This document shows positions 27,021 to 37,606 of a DNA stretch of 64,000 bases, one piece after another. Each line of letters begins with the position of its first letter. Position 1 is the first letter of the stretch. Made by a program: the position numbers and the translations under genes. The notes under the pieces were generated by a model that was given only the letters and a program-made list of their open reading frames with translations, ran no database searches and was not told the DNA's origin. Origin of the DNA: an uncultured virus (IMG/VR IMGVR_UViG_3300025133_000067) (Duplodnaviria > Heunggongvirae > Uroviricota > Caudoviricetes); IMG/VR virus record IMGVR_UViG_3300025133_000067; one strand, 5' to 3'.

Positions 27021-27954
27021 TGAAAAGAGATTTGATTCCGTCACGAAAGTTGATGGGAATTTCAACGTCCTCCCCACCGTCAAGTTGTACAAGCATATTA
27101 GGCTGTACTCCTACTTTCATTTTTTCTGCTAATTTATAAATTAAACTATATTTCTTATTTGACCATCCATTCATCTCCATTTCAAATTCAAAGATTCTCT
27201 TCTTATCAAAACCTCTCCATTCACTTATAAGATATGGCATGATTTGAAGTACTGATTGATCGATTTCAACATTTTCTTCTTGTCTTTCTTTAATATATGA
27301 TGTCATTTGTTGCATAATACCAATAGAAGGTGGTCTCATGTTAATAGTACCAAATGATTTTGTTTGAATTAAAAACGTTTTTTCATTTTTAGTATAATAC
27401 TTGTCTAATTCTTTTGGAATACTAAAATATTGGAAATATTTCTTATCAACCTCTATCTTATGCATTTTACCTTTTTTATCTTTATGGTCTAATTGTAATA
27501 CAGATTCAGGTTCAGGGAATGTTAAATCTCTGACTGATAGTATAATAAAGAATCTATCTTCTTCACATAAATCTTTATATGAACCCATTTTCTTACCATT
27601 TTTAACTCTAATAGTTGCTGCTAAAATTTCATTAAGTTTAGAATCAACATCTAAAATATTAGTTTCATCAACTGTAGAAAAATGTCTAATTTCTGCAACT
27701 TTAGCAGAACGTATAGATATTTCTATATTATCTGCATAAAACATACCAGCTGATGGTAAATCCACTACTGGAACATTATGATAGCCTAAATGAAAATCTG
27801 CAGATTGTGCAGAATCAGGTTTGAACCTTTCCATATTAACTTGTCCTTGTTCTACTCTTTTTTCTGTTGATTTTTCTTCTACATGCTCTGCAGAAGCAAC
27901 GATTTTTTTATAATCCTCGTTCAAATCTTTGTTTTTGTCTTCTTTTTTTGCCAT
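26989..27954 (-). CDS. gp26-like baseplate hub/tail assembly chaperone
   Basis: LPSAG.FY, I.IR, DL.EEDRFFIIL.VR pattern; lies between tube and tape measure. Confidence 0.6.
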   Translation of the reverse strand: MAKKEDKNKDLNEDYKKIVASAEHVEEKSTEKRVEQGQVNMERFKPDSAQSADFHLGYHNVPVVDLPSAGMFYADNIEISIRSAKVAEIRHFSTVDETNILDVDSKLNEILAATIRVKNGKKMGSYKDLCEEDRFFIILSVRDLTFPEPESVLQLDHKDKKGKMHKIEVDKKYFQYFSIPKELDKYYTKNEKTFLIQTKSFGTINMRPPSIGIMQQMTSYIKERQEENVEIDQSVLQIMPYLISEWRGFDKKRIFEFEMEMNGWSNKKYSLIYKLAEKMKVGVQPNMLVQLDGGEDVEIPINFRDGIKSLFIVQDIAGELL

Positions 27955-27956
27955 TA

Positions 27957-28175
27957 TTATTTGTCTTTAAGTTTACTTATTTTTGTTTTGTCCCATTCCT
28001 TCGAAGTTTCTGGTCTTCTATCAATTTCTTTTTCTATTAAATCTCTTATAAATGCAGAAATAGATATGGGTCTTTCTTCTTTTTCTAATGCATCATTTAA
28101 TATTATTCTATTAATTGTTGTGACCATTTCCTCCGACAAAAGAACTTGTAATTTCTTAGTTAGTTTATTTGTCAT
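27957..28175 (-). CDS. Ribbon-helix-helix DNA-binding protein
   Basis: KKLQVLLSEE...SISAFIRDLIEKEI. Confidence 0.6.
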   Translation of the reverse strand: MTNKLTKKLQVLLSEEMVTTINRIILNDALEKEERPISISAFIRDLIEKEIDRRPETSKEWDKTKISKLKDK

Positions 28176-28266
28176 TGTTATTTTATATTATTAGTATAAC
28201 ATATTATGTTTTTGTTTCACAAAATAAAAGACGACATTTCTATCGTCTTCTAAATTATTTATTTAA

Positions 28267-28824
28267 TTATGATAATACTTCTTTCCAAGTATCAGCTCTC
28301 CATGTCACTTCAAGTGCTTGTGGGTCTGCTGTTTCATAACTTAATTCTGCTGTCATTCCTAAACCAGATGTAATAAATGCATCTTCTAGTGTAATAGTTC
28401 TGTAAATATCTCCAGCTCTGTTAAATTGTACAACTACAATAGTTCCAGTATAATCTTTCTTAAGCCCCATTTCTCCAGTTTGTGGATCGTATTGAGCAGT
28501 ATACCATTGTCTTATAGTTTTATAAAGATAAGCTTGATTAGCGTCATTTAAGTTCAATGAGAAGTTAACAGTAACGTCAGCAGCAGAACCATCTGGCATA
28601 CCAGCGTAAGAACGTGTTGCAAACTTATATTTTTGTTCAACTGCAGCAACTTCTTTGTACAGTGAGTCTAGTCCACTAATTGAATTAATGTGTTGTAGTA
28701 ATAGACCTGAGTCTTTTACACCGGCCGGTGGTAAAATCGTAACCTCAAATAGATTAGATTGAATTGGCTCAAAGTGTTTACCCTTCTTACTAGTTTGGTC
28801 TTGTGAATAGTGCGGTAATGCCAT
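28267..28824 (-). CDS. Tail tube protein (gp19-like)
   Basis: 185 aa directly after the sheath; NLFEV, YAG, KKDY.G, L.Y....  VTW..D pattern. Confidence 0.8.
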   Translation of the reverse strand: MALPHYSQDQTSKKGKHFEPIQSNLFEVTILPPAGVKDSGLLLQHINSISGLDSLYKEVAAVEQKYKFATRSYAGMPDGSAADVTVNFSLNLNDANQAYLYKTIRQWYTAQYDPQTGEMGLKKDYTGTIVVVQFNRAGDIYRTITLEDAFITSGLGMTAELSYETADPQALEVTWRADTWKEVLS

Positions 28825-28864
28825 AATTTTATTTATTTATTTTTAATATATATTCGTATTTTTT

Positions 28865-31800
28865 TTATAAATAACTTCCAGTTGCAATTTCTCCAGTATT
28901 AAGAACTGTTGTTCTATGAACTACAATTTCTAATCCTTTAACTGGCTCAACATAAGTATCTACGATTCCCATGTTGTTGTCAATTACCTCAGTATCATTA
29001 TTAGTAGAATCCATAATGTTTTTATAGTCATAAACTCCATCTTCTTGTTTAACTGATTCCATAAATGAATCAACTAAAGTTTTAATCTCTAATCTTGTTT
29101 GAACTGTATTGAACTCAAAAACATAATCTTTAAGAATATCTGCAATTCCGTTTTGCATATAAATTAAAACTTCTCTTACATGAGCAGAACTTAATGCTGA
29201 TTTAATTGATTGTTGCCCTGTTTTATTTCCAAGAATAGTTAAACCAACTCCTCTTTGGAAAACAATTGGATTTATTCCAAATGGCTCTAAAATATCTCTA
29301 TCATCTTTATCGAATGTATATTCAGCTCCAACGATTCCAGGACCAGATACAACTCCTCTACGAGGACCTGCAACTATAGACCAAGGTGTAGCAGCCGTAT
29401 ATTTGTCAATATAGTTATTTGATACATAAGCAGCTGGTGGAACAACTTTGTTTTTACCATTATCTTTACATAATAGACCAGGTCCATAGTAGAATGCAAA
29501 GTTAGCTCCATCTGTAATTCCAGGTAAAGCATATAATGTTGTAGGATTCTGTGCTAAGTTTCCTCCATCTTTAATATATGAAGTTTTGAATACTCCATCA
29601 GTGTTCTTAAATGTAGGACCAGGAGCTGTGTTATTTTTGAAGTCTTCAACTGTAGGCGCATTCAAAATAGCTGAAGCGTTTTGTCTAGTTCTTGCAAGTG
29701 TTGAAATTTCTTTCTTAGTTAATAAACCAGGAGAAGTAAAAGTATCTATTAAATATCTATAGTCTATCATATCTTTATCTGCAAGTGCTCCTGCAAGTCC
29801 AGTTCCACTTAACATACCTAATGCATTTGGAATAGTTGCAGCAGTAAATGTAGCTTTTCCTAATGGAATTGGGAAATATTCAGTTGCAGCACTTTCAAAT
29901 GATTTATAGTAATTGAAAACTTCTGCAAGATGTTGGTTATATGTTTCACCAGATACCGCAGCACCATTAGCAATAGTATTAGCTATTGCTGGAACTGTCC
30001 ATTCCCAGAAACCAACATGTTGAGTAACGTCTGCGTCATTAAGGATTGGTGTATTTGCTGTAAATGATGATGATACAGAATCAATAGTTAATACTTGACC
30101 AACAATTGCACTATATGTAAGTGTATGAGAACCGATAGTTATAACACCAGCTGGTCTCATTCCAGTTAATGTTCCACTTAAAGTTAAAGCTGTTCCGTTA
30201 TAAGCAAATCCATAAACTTCTCCAGTAATTGAAGAACCAGCAGCAGGTGGGTTCGCTGCTAATCCACTTCCAAGAGTTGCTTCCCAACCAATACCTATAA
30301 CAGATGTACAAGCTGTATTATCAGGAATCATATAAGGAGTACCAGAATTATTTGTAGTACATGAAGTAACGGTTAATACTTGTCCATTAATTGCAGAATA
30401 AACAATAGTTTCACCATCTACTATTAAAGTACCTTTTCTTGGCCAACCTGTTAATGTTCCAATTAAAGTTAAATTACCAGCAGCTGTTGTATTATATGCA
30501 CCATCAGTTTCAACAGTCGTAACTGTTGCTGAAGTATCAATAACTGAGTGGTTTGCTAATGCGGTTGCCGTAACAGTAATTGGTGCTGTTGGTGATGCAG
30601 AGTTTGTATATACTATATCTCCAGTAGCTATCCAATTAGCCATATCTGCTGTTGCTGTTATAAATAATGTTGTATCACCTTGTGCTGGAGTATATCCTGC
30701 AGCAAATGTATTTGAAGCAGATGGAACTTTAGTTGCAGCATGGTCAACTTCAATTACATTGGTACCAGAAGAAACTGGCCAACCTGAAGCAGTTGATGTA
30801 TAATTAGTTACTGCTGTAGGGTTTGCTGTTGTAGCTCCAACACTATCAGTAAAACTTAATAAGTGGTCAACTGCAGGTGTAGTAGAAGCTAATAACCAGT
30901 TTGTAGTATTTGCAATAAATAATGTCGTAGCTCCGGCAGCATGTGCAGTTGCAAATGTAGAACTTGCTACAGTAAAGTTTTCATCATCTATAAGTTCAAT
31001 AGCTGATTGTTCAATTGGAATATCTGTTTTAATAATAAGTGTTAACACATTTCCAACTGTAGTTTTAGATACTTGTTTTACTTTTGCAAATCTTCCAGCA
31101 TAATTAGCATTTGCAGGTAAATAATCTCCTTTTTCAATATTGATAGTAGGAGACGTAACAACTGAAAGATCGTAAGTTATTGTACATTGTGGTACATTAT
31201 TAGAATCATTATCAAAAGTGATTAGTGTTGCTTCTTCAACATCACCCGTTACCGAAGCTTGTCTACCAATACCTTCATAACTAAGGAAACTAGTTTGAAC
31301 GTTAGTAGCTAATCCATGACCTACTGAATTTATTACGTTTCTATTACTTGTTATATCAGCAAGAACTCTGTCCTCATCAATTGCACAGAATAAACCAGTT
31401 CTTCTAGCTTCTGCGTTAATCATTGATTCAATATAAACATTTTGACCTTCCATAGTTTTGAATCCTGGAAGTAAAGAACCTGTATATTTCGCTAATAGTG
31501 TAACGTTTCTTAAATTTGAGAACTCATCTAATTTATCTTTTAATAAACCAGTAGCTGAGAAATAATTACCAAATACAGGGTCTGTATCTAATAATGAAGG
31601 TGTAAATGTACCTTTGAATACAAAAACGTCAATCATGAAGTCAGATAAATAATCTTTGTCATGTAAGTATGTTGGAACATTTCCATTTCCATACCATTCT
31701 TCTGCTGTAACTTCAAAACCGTCTATTTCCTGAGCAGTTCTTGCAATAATTGTAAGGTCTGAATCGTGTAAATTTGTAAATGCGATTACTTTATTATTAT

Positions 31801-32254
31801 CTGTTGTTGCAGTTGATAATAACTGAGTATCTGTTGGTTTCATGAACTTATCCATATCATGGAAGTTTCCGTATGCAGAATTTCCAGAAGCAGTTAAAGA
31901 AGCACCTCCAGCATTGTTGTCTGAACCATCAGTATACATAGATACCCAATTTCCAGTATCTGAACTAACATCTTTTAAGTTTAACGCAAGGATAGGACCT
32001 CTTGTTAAAGCAGCTTTACAGGATCTGTGGAAGAACATTCCAATTTTTTCTAAATTTTTATCAATATCACCATATACATTTTTGAAATCTTCTACGTTTT
32101 CAATAAGTACTGGTGTATTGAAAGGGCCTTTTTTAGAGTGACCTACCAAAACTCTTAACGTTCCAACATTAATATTAGAAGTTTGAGATTTGTCGAATTC
32201 TAATCGGTAAACACCTGAACTCTTAAATTGTCTTAATTGAGGACTAATTGCCAT
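28865..32254 (-). CDS. Tail sheath protein (gp18-like) with a large beta-rich insertion
   Basis: SSGVY..E.D, KGPFNTPV, VPPAAYV, AGPRRG, GINPI, GNKT and HVRE motifs. Confidence 0.9.
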   Translation of the reverse strand: MAISPQLRQFKSSGVYRLEFDKSQTSNINVGTLRVLVGHSKKGPFNTPVLIENVEDFKNVYGDIDKNLEKIGMFFHRSCKAALTRGPILALNLKDVSSDTGNWVSMYTDGSDNNAGGASLTASGNSAYGNFHDMDKFMKPTDTQLLSTATTDNNKVIAFTNLHDSDLTIIARTAQEIDGFEVTAEEWYGNGNVPTYLHDKDYLSDFMIDVFVFKGTFTPSLLDTDPVFGNYFSATGLLKDKLDEFSNLRNVTLLAKYTGSLLPGFKTMEGQNVYIESMINAEARRTGLFCAIDEDRVLADITSNRNVINSVGHGLATNVQTSFLSYEGIGRQASVTGDVEEATLITFDNDSNNVPQCTITYDLSVVTSPTINIEKGDYLPANANYAGRFAKVKQVSKTTVGNVLTLIIKTDIPIEQSAIELIDDENFTVASSTFATAHAAGATTLFIANTTNWLLASTTPAVDHLLSFTDSVGATTANPTAVTNYTSTASGWPVSSGTNVIEVDHAATKVPSASNTFAAGYTPAQGDTTLFITATADMANWIATGDIVYTNSASPTAPITVTATALANHSVIDTSATVTTVETDGAYNTTAAGNLTLIGTLTGWPRKGTLIVDGETIVYSAINGQVLTVTSCTTNNSGTPYMIPDNTACTSVIGIGWEATLGSGLAANPPAAGSSITGEVYGFAYNGTALTLSGTLTGMRPAGVITIGSHTLTYSAIVGQVLTIDSVSSSFTANTPILNDADVTQHVGFWEWTVPAIANTIANGAAVSGETYNQHLAEVFNYYKSFESAATEYFPIPLGKATFTAATIPNALGMLSGTGLAGALADKDMIDYRYLIDTFTSPGLLTKKEISTLARTRQNASAILNAPTVEDFKNNTAPGPTFKNTDGVFKTSYIKDGGNLAQNPTTLYALPGITDGANFAFYYGPGLLCKDNGKNKVVPPAAYVSNNYIDKYTAATPWSIVAGPRRGVVSGPGIVGAEYTFDKDDRDILEPFGINPIVFQRGVGLTILGNKTGQQSIKSALSSAHVREVLIYMQNGIADILKDYVFEFNTVQTRLEIKTLVDSFMESVKQEDGVYDYKNIMDSTNNDTEVIDNNMGIVDTYVEPVKGLEIVVHRTTVLNTGEIATGSYL

Positions 32255-32309
32255 AATTTAATAATTTATTTTTTCTTTAGTTATATATCTTGTTTATCTG
32301 CGAAATTTA

Positions 32310-34136
32310 CTATATAATGTCGTATATATCGTACTGTAGGTCTCCAGAACTTGAATTCTCTCTATATAGAACTTCTTCCATTATATTTACAGTATCCTGT
32401 GGTATAAAATCTAAAAGTTCTTCAATATAATCAGCATATGATGTTGTATTAAAAAATTCGGTAGAATTCACACATGACATAATAATATCATCATGTCCTA
32501 ATTGTGCACCATACGACCCATTCTTAAGAGCACCAAAAACTGATGCCTCTGTGATGGTTTCAAACTCATTAAGTTTAATTCTATTACCTTCTACTAATTT
32601 CTTAAAGTTTTGGCAAAATACTGATTTATTTGCAGAGTTTAATTTAAGTCCATGTTTTACTGTTTTTGAATCATGTCTATGTTTGAATCTAAGTATCATT
32701 TCGTCTTCAAACTCGTTTCTAGATGGAAATACAGTACTCATATATTTTAATAAAATACTTCCATAAGTATTATATTCTACTATCATTTTTACATTTTCGC
32801 CATTAAAAATTTCAAGAGATAGTGTATATAAAATTTTTGCAAAGTCTTCAATAGTGTGTTCATTACTTCTAAATAATGCAACTTGTTCTAACTTAAAGAA
32901 ATCATACATTGCACCAGGATTTATTGAATTCTTAATATCCTCATGTTCCATTGGTTTAACTTCAAAAACATTTATAATTGAATAGTCACCTCCTGAACCT
33001 TCTGCAATATCAACTGAAAACAGCCAATATTTCTTTTTATTATTAGCATCTTCAGTATCAAAGTCTTTTGCAAATCCTAAAAATCCTTCAGTTTCTGCAT
33101 GTATATTTGAAAAATCGTCTAAATCTTCCCATTTATATACATGCATTTTTTTTCTAAAATTCTTTAATGAAATTGGATTTAATAATAATAAAGAAGCTAC
33201 AGTAAATTCATTTCCATATTGTCTATTAAACGCCTCTTCAGAACCTAAATTTGCAAATTCTCTTTCATACCATGCGTCATCTCTATCAGGGTGTTGCCAC
33301 CAATCAATTCTAGTTGGTACATATTCATTATTACCTTTAACTGCATTACTATAAATCTCATGAAATTTATTAAATCCATTTTGAGTTGAAGTAATATTGA
33401 TTCTAGAAACAGCTGAAGATGATAGCGTTGGATATACGTTTTCATAAAAACTATCTACAATTGTTGGATGCACGTGAGCAAACTCATCAAGATATAAATT
33501 ATGAATTGTAAAACCAATACCAGCTTTTGCTGTAGTTGATTGACCTACAAGCCTACAACCATTATCAGCTCTCATTGACATTACATCATATTTCAAAATA
33601 CCAGGTTTCATGAAAAACGGTAAATTTTCCATAACAACTTTTGCTTTATCAATAATTTCTTTAGTGGTTTCAGATTTATTTGCTAAAAGCAAAGTAGTTT
33701 TATCATAATTGAATAACATATACCATGCATTAAATATAGATGCTGTCACCGTTTTACCCATCTGTCTTGCGGCTACAACTACATTAAATCTATTCTCTTG
33801 AAAACTTCTAAGTAAATCTTTTTGATAATCTCGCATCTGAACCTTGCGAATACCTTCATCTGTCATTACAACAGCATATTTTTCTGCAAAATATATTATA
33901 TCTTTAGCGCACTTAGCTATTTCGGTGATTTCATTATCAGTATATTCAAAAACAATACTACCTTTACGTAAATGCTGTTTACCCTCGTAAAAAGGCATAC
34001 GAACTTGAGGCTTATATCCTTTGTCGAGTGCGATTATTAGGTCATTTATACTTTTAGTTGACCAAACTTGTCTATCACTTGAAGCATCTGAATCTTCCTT
34101 TGGAATCCATTTATTATCTCCTGTATATTCTGGCAT
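32310..34136 (-). CDS. Terminase large subunit (gp17-like)
   Basis: RDYQ, ARQMGKT Walker A, LDEFAH Walker B, VDIAEG.GGDYS and HDD. Confidence 0.95.
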   Translation of the reverse strand: MPEYTGDNKWIPKEDSDASSDRQVWSTKSINDLIIALDKGYKPQVRMPFYEGKQHLRKGSIVFEYTDNEITEIAKCAKDIIYFAEKYAVVMTDEGIRKVQMRDYQKDLLRSFQENRFNVVVAARQMGKTVTASIFNAWYMLFNYDKTTLLLANKSETTKEIIDKAKVVMENLPFFMKPGILKYDVMSMRADNGCRLVGQSTTAKAGIGFTIHNLYLDEFAHVHPTIVDSFYENVYPTLSSSAVSRINITSTQNGFNKFHEIYSNAVKGNNEYVPTRIDWWQHPDRDDAWYEREFANLGSEEAFNRQYGNEFTVASLLLLNPISLKNFRKKMHVYKWEDLDDFSNIHAETEGFLGFAKDFDTEDANNKKKYWLFSVDIAEGSGGDYSIINVFEVKPMEHEDIKNSINPGAMYDFFKLEQVALFRSNEHTIEDFAKILYTLSLEIFNGENVKMIVEYNTYGSILLKYMSTVFPSRNEFEDEMILRFKHRHDSKTVKHGLKLNSANKSVFCQNFKKLVEGNRIKLNEFETITEASVFGALKNGSYGAQLGHDDIIMSCVNSTEFFNTTSYADYIEELLDFIPQDTVNIMEEVLYRENSSSGDLQYDIYDII

Positions 34137-34795
34137 TATTCTTTTGTTTCTTCAACATCAGTTGGATTAACATCTTCAACATCTTCTGAATCTAGACCAG
34201 TTCTAATTAACTTCATTAAATCCTTAGAACCTCTCATTGTTTTTGAGTCACTTGAATCTCCTCCAGCAGATTCAATTGCGTTAATATCATCTTTCTTTTT
34301 ATAGATTTCAATATCTCTTGCAATTCTTTTTGTAGATTCTTCCGTAGCCATTAAATACATTGTTTGTGATTTAATAATATCTAGCATAGATTTTTGAAGA
34401 GTAGCAAGTACCTCGAACATTCTAGGTGCTATATCTCCGCCTTCTATAGTTTCAAGTAAAGTTGTTAAAGCTCTTTCACCAGCATTTAGCTGATAAACAA
34501 GAGAGGCCATTGTCATTTCATCAATAGCTTTTTTAGACTGAATATATTCATCACGTTCAATAATATCCTCATCTAAATAGAACTTCATAAGAGCTGTAAT
34601 AGTTTTCTTTGCTCTTTTAGTAGATGCTGCTTTTAGTTCTGGAAAAGTTGGTAAAACTTCACGCTCTTTAGCTGGAAGCATTGGGTCGGTTGGTACTATT
34701 TCTTCAATAGATTCTGTATCATTCCCAATTAAACTGTCCAAATCTCTTCTTATATCCTCCGCTTGGTCCTTAATTGTTTTCTTTTTATCTGACAT
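34136..34795 (-). CDS. Putative terminase small subunit
   Basis: Coupled directly upstream of TerL; PRMFEVLATL resembles T4-like gp16. Confidence 0.5.
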   Translation of the reverse strand: MSDKKKTIKDQAEDIRRDLDSLIGNDTESIEEIVPTDPMLPAKEREVLPTFPELKAASTKRAKKTITALMKFYLDEDIIERDEYIQSKKAIDEMTMASLVYQLNAGERALTTLLETIEGGDIAPRMFEVLATLQKSMLDIIKSQTMYLMATEESTKRIARDIEIYKKKDDINAIESAGGDSSDSKTMRGSKDLMKLIRTGLDSEDVEDVNPTDVEETKE

Positions 34796-34831
34796 AAATA
34801 ATTTGTTTATAGAGTATATATCTCAATTATG

Positions 34832-36919
34832 CTATCTAGCATTCTTGAACTTTTGATACCCTAATGATGGAATTGCATTATCAATAACTAACGCGTGTTG
34901 ATTATCATAAACTACATATTGGTTTAACATATTCACCATTTCATCTTCTTCTATTGCTTTATCAAATATTCTAAGACTTGTAACGTTAAGTTTAGAACCT
35001 TTAAGAACATAAGGTGAAAGACCTCCCCATGTGTGTTGTCCTCCAATCATTGTAAATGTATTGTGGTATTCTTCAACTAAAGAACTAACATGGCCATTTA
35101 CAGTTAAGCTAAATAGCTTTAATTCTACTTGTTCAGTATTGTTCTTAATATTTACAACAATACCATACCATTTATCTTTACTTAAACTTGTATTATGTGT
35201 AAACTCATGGTCGTTTCCGTCTATCACAACTGAAATCTTTAATGTGCTTATCTTAATCTGAATCCCACCTTGAACTAAATTATCACCTATAAGCGAGTAT
35301 TTATTTGAATCTGTTATTTCAAATGTTGGCCTAAACCATCCAGTCACTGCAATTTGACCATTGACAATCATATTAGATGATGTTGCATATCTTAAAGCAT
35401 CTGAGTTAATAGATACTCTACTTAAATCATAATGGTTATGAGAAACTGTTTGGAAGTTATTAACAATAGCTTCATCAACAATAGTTAAATTTGAATCTAT
35501 ATAAGTCCTAGAACCGTCTTCTAATACTCTAGAAATCGTTTGGAATTGTACCGGTTTTGTATCTTGTTTTTGCTCATCTGCAATCTCTTCACCAAATAGC
35601 TCATCTATGCCTGTTATTAAATCATCTGTTGCTGTCTCATATTGACCTTTAATAACTGATGTTCTATCTTGATATTTAGTTAATTTTAGTCTCCAATATG
35701 AACGAGAAGCATTAAATTCATCAGCAATACTAACAGAACTTACCTCGTACATCTTATTGATTATAGGTATAAATAAATAATCTTTTGATCGCGGTCTTAT
35801 TCCTTCACCAAAAACTGCCTTAAATCTATCATGAACGATATGAACTTCAAATTCTGCCCATTCCATACCAAAAATATTGTATGTGTTTGCTTCTTCGGGA
35901 AATTCATTATCTGGTACTAATATTTTTATATCTTGTTGATCTGCGACGCTAAATAATGAATATTCCATTAAAGTTACGTCTTTAGTTCTATCATTTGCTT
36001 CAGTTCTGAAATAATTTACAGTATGTCCAAATATATTACTTACAATATTATTAAGTTGTTTGTATAAATTTACAGACTTATTCTGCGCATAAGGATTATA
36101 TAAGTTTTCTGCCTCACAAACTTCTGGCTCAATTGCAACTCCACCTACTTCATAAAACGGATCGGCACAGTCAAGTCCTACACAATCACTTTCAGCGCCG
36201 CTAGGGACTGGCCCCTCGGGTGCATCATATGCAAATGAATGTTTTCCATGATAAATTCCAACAGATATTGGGTTCTCAGGTGGAGGTAGTAAATCTACAT
36301 TAAATTCACCAGGTGCTCGGCCCTCTACCCAAATATAAAATGTTTGTGTTGCGCTTACAAAAGTTTCAGATAAAATTGTATATAGTGGCTGTGGGGTAGT
36401 AATAAGACTTTGATCTGAAGCTGCTAACGCATATGTCCAAACAAAACCATCTAACTCTCTTTCTACAGACGTATCCTCCCCTGTTGTAGTGTTGATGTTT
36501 CTTTGTGGTTGGAGTTCTAGGAAAAAAGTAACTCCGGCTACACATTCAACTCCATTAACCTCAACTATTTCGGCGTGTGGCCAATAATTATCAGAGTCTT
36601 CTATTAGAATAGTATTTTCGTTTAAAGCTCTATCTACTGTCCATACACTCATAACACCATCGGTTACCATTATAAGCTGCTGGCCTGCTTCGTATGACTC
36701 AAGACCTCCTGCATCAACGTTAATGTCGCTAAAAACCAATAAACTAATTCCTGGTGTAGAAGATTGTTTTGCTTTAGATGGATAGCCAGCCGTGTGTCTG
36801 GTGCATCTACCATCTAAAAAAGACCATGATGTAATAGAACCAACAGTATCGGAAGTATAAGGTCCAGCAAAAAAGTTAGTAAATTGACCGTTTGCGGTTA
36901 CGTCAACAGGACATTCCAT
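34832..36919 (-). CDS. Neck/head-closure protein (gp14-like) with extra N-terminal region and C-terminal LamG-like domain
   Basis: FG..V.YF, FGME, RPRSKDYLFIPIINKMYEV core; C-terminal WFRP...KWY.IVV...LRIFDKA. Confidence 0.6.
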   Translation of the reverse strand: MECPVDVTANGQFTNFFAGPYTSDTVGSITSWSFLDGRCTRHTAGYPSKAKQSSTPGISLLVFSDINVDAGGLESYEAGQQLIMVTDGVMSVWTVDRALNENTILIEDSDNYWPHAEIVEVNGVECVAGVTFFLELQPQRNINTTTGEDTSVERELDGFVWTYALAASDQSLITTPQPLYTILSETFVSATQTFYIWVEGRAPGEFNVDLLPPPENPISVGIYHGKHSFAYDAPEGPVPSGAESDCVGLDCADPFYEVGGVAIEPEVCEAENLYNPYAQNKSVNLYKQLNNIVSNIFGHTVNYFRTEANDRTKDVTLMEYSLFSVADQQDIKILVPDNEFPEEANTYNIFGMEWAEFEVHIVHDRFKAVFGEGIRPRSKDYLFIPIINKMYEVSSVSIADEFNASRSYWRLKLTKYQDRTSVIKGQYETATDDLITGIDELFGEEIADEQKQDTKPVQFQTISRVLEDGSRTYIDSNLTIVDEAIVNNFQTVSHNHYDLSRVSINSDALRYATSSNMIVNGQIAVTGWFRPTFEITDSNKYSLIGDNLVQGGIQIKISTLKISVVIDGNDHEFTHNTSLSKDKWYGIVVNIKNNTEQVELKLFSLTVNGHVSSLVEEYHNTFTMIGGQHTWGGLSPYVLKGSKLNVTSLRIFDKAIEEDEMVNMLNQYVVYDNQHALVIDNAIPSLGYQKFKNAR

Positions 36920-36955
36920 ATTATATAATCTTTATTTTAACTATATATTAGATTT

Positions 36956-37606
36956 TTATATGTAATCTGTAATAAGCAATAACATTGGATTCTCTTTATC
37001 TAATGAAAGTTCTATTGCATCTAATAAAGCTGCTATTAACTGACATTCTATTGAATTCTCATCTTCAGTTAAATCTAAATATGAATTAAGTTTTGCAAAT
37101 ATTAAATCTGTTGGATGGTTAGAATATGGCATTCCAATTTTTAGAAGACCAAGACCTTCTAATACTGAATTTAATTTTTTTAGCTCTGGGCTTGCAAATA
37201 TATCGGAAAGGTCTAATCTAGCTTTTAATATTGCAAAATCATATTTTATGGTCTGTTCTTTATCATCCTCAAGAACTCTAGTAAATGATTTATCAGAATC
37301 TAAAGTTATTTTCAAATATTTTAAGTTAATCATTTCTGATGCTACTCTATGTAAAAAATATATTGAAGTTGCATCTTTTCTTGGCACATGAAAACCGTAT
37401 GAATCTACCTTACTAAGCTCACTAGAATAATTTGTTGAAATAAAAGTTCTTAATTGTTGTGCAGAAATAATCATAGAATTATCTCCCATCTCCCTATAAT
37501 CTAATTGATTCCTAATCTGGGCCCACATTTTATATTCGATATAATTATATCTATAAAATGTAGTATCGATTATTGTCGGTACATGATTTACGTTTAAGCT
37601 TCCCAT
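36956..37606 (-). CDS. Hypothetical protein
   Basis: Adjacent ORF in the replication operon. Confidence 0.55.
   Translation of the reverse strand: MGSLNVNHVPTIIDTTFYRYNYIEYKMWAQIRNQLDYREMGDNSMIISAQQLRTFISTNYSSELSKVDSYGFHVPRKDATSIYFLHRVASEMINLKYLKITLDSDKSFTRVLEDDKEQTIKYDFAILKARLDLSDIFASPELKKLNSVLEGLGLLKIGMPYSNHPTDLIFAKLNSYLDLTEDENSIECQLIAALLDAIELSLDKENPMLLLITDYI

Noticed and set aside
27021..27092. Track start MYNLTVG for 26769..27092
   Set aside because: Lies deep inside the upstream CDS; similarity to gp51 begins near ISLENFF.
32323..32330. TATATATC near the end of TerL (also 46669-46676)
   Set aside because: Within coding sequence (DIY/DI-stop codons); better-placed intergenic copies exist at 32282 and 46632.
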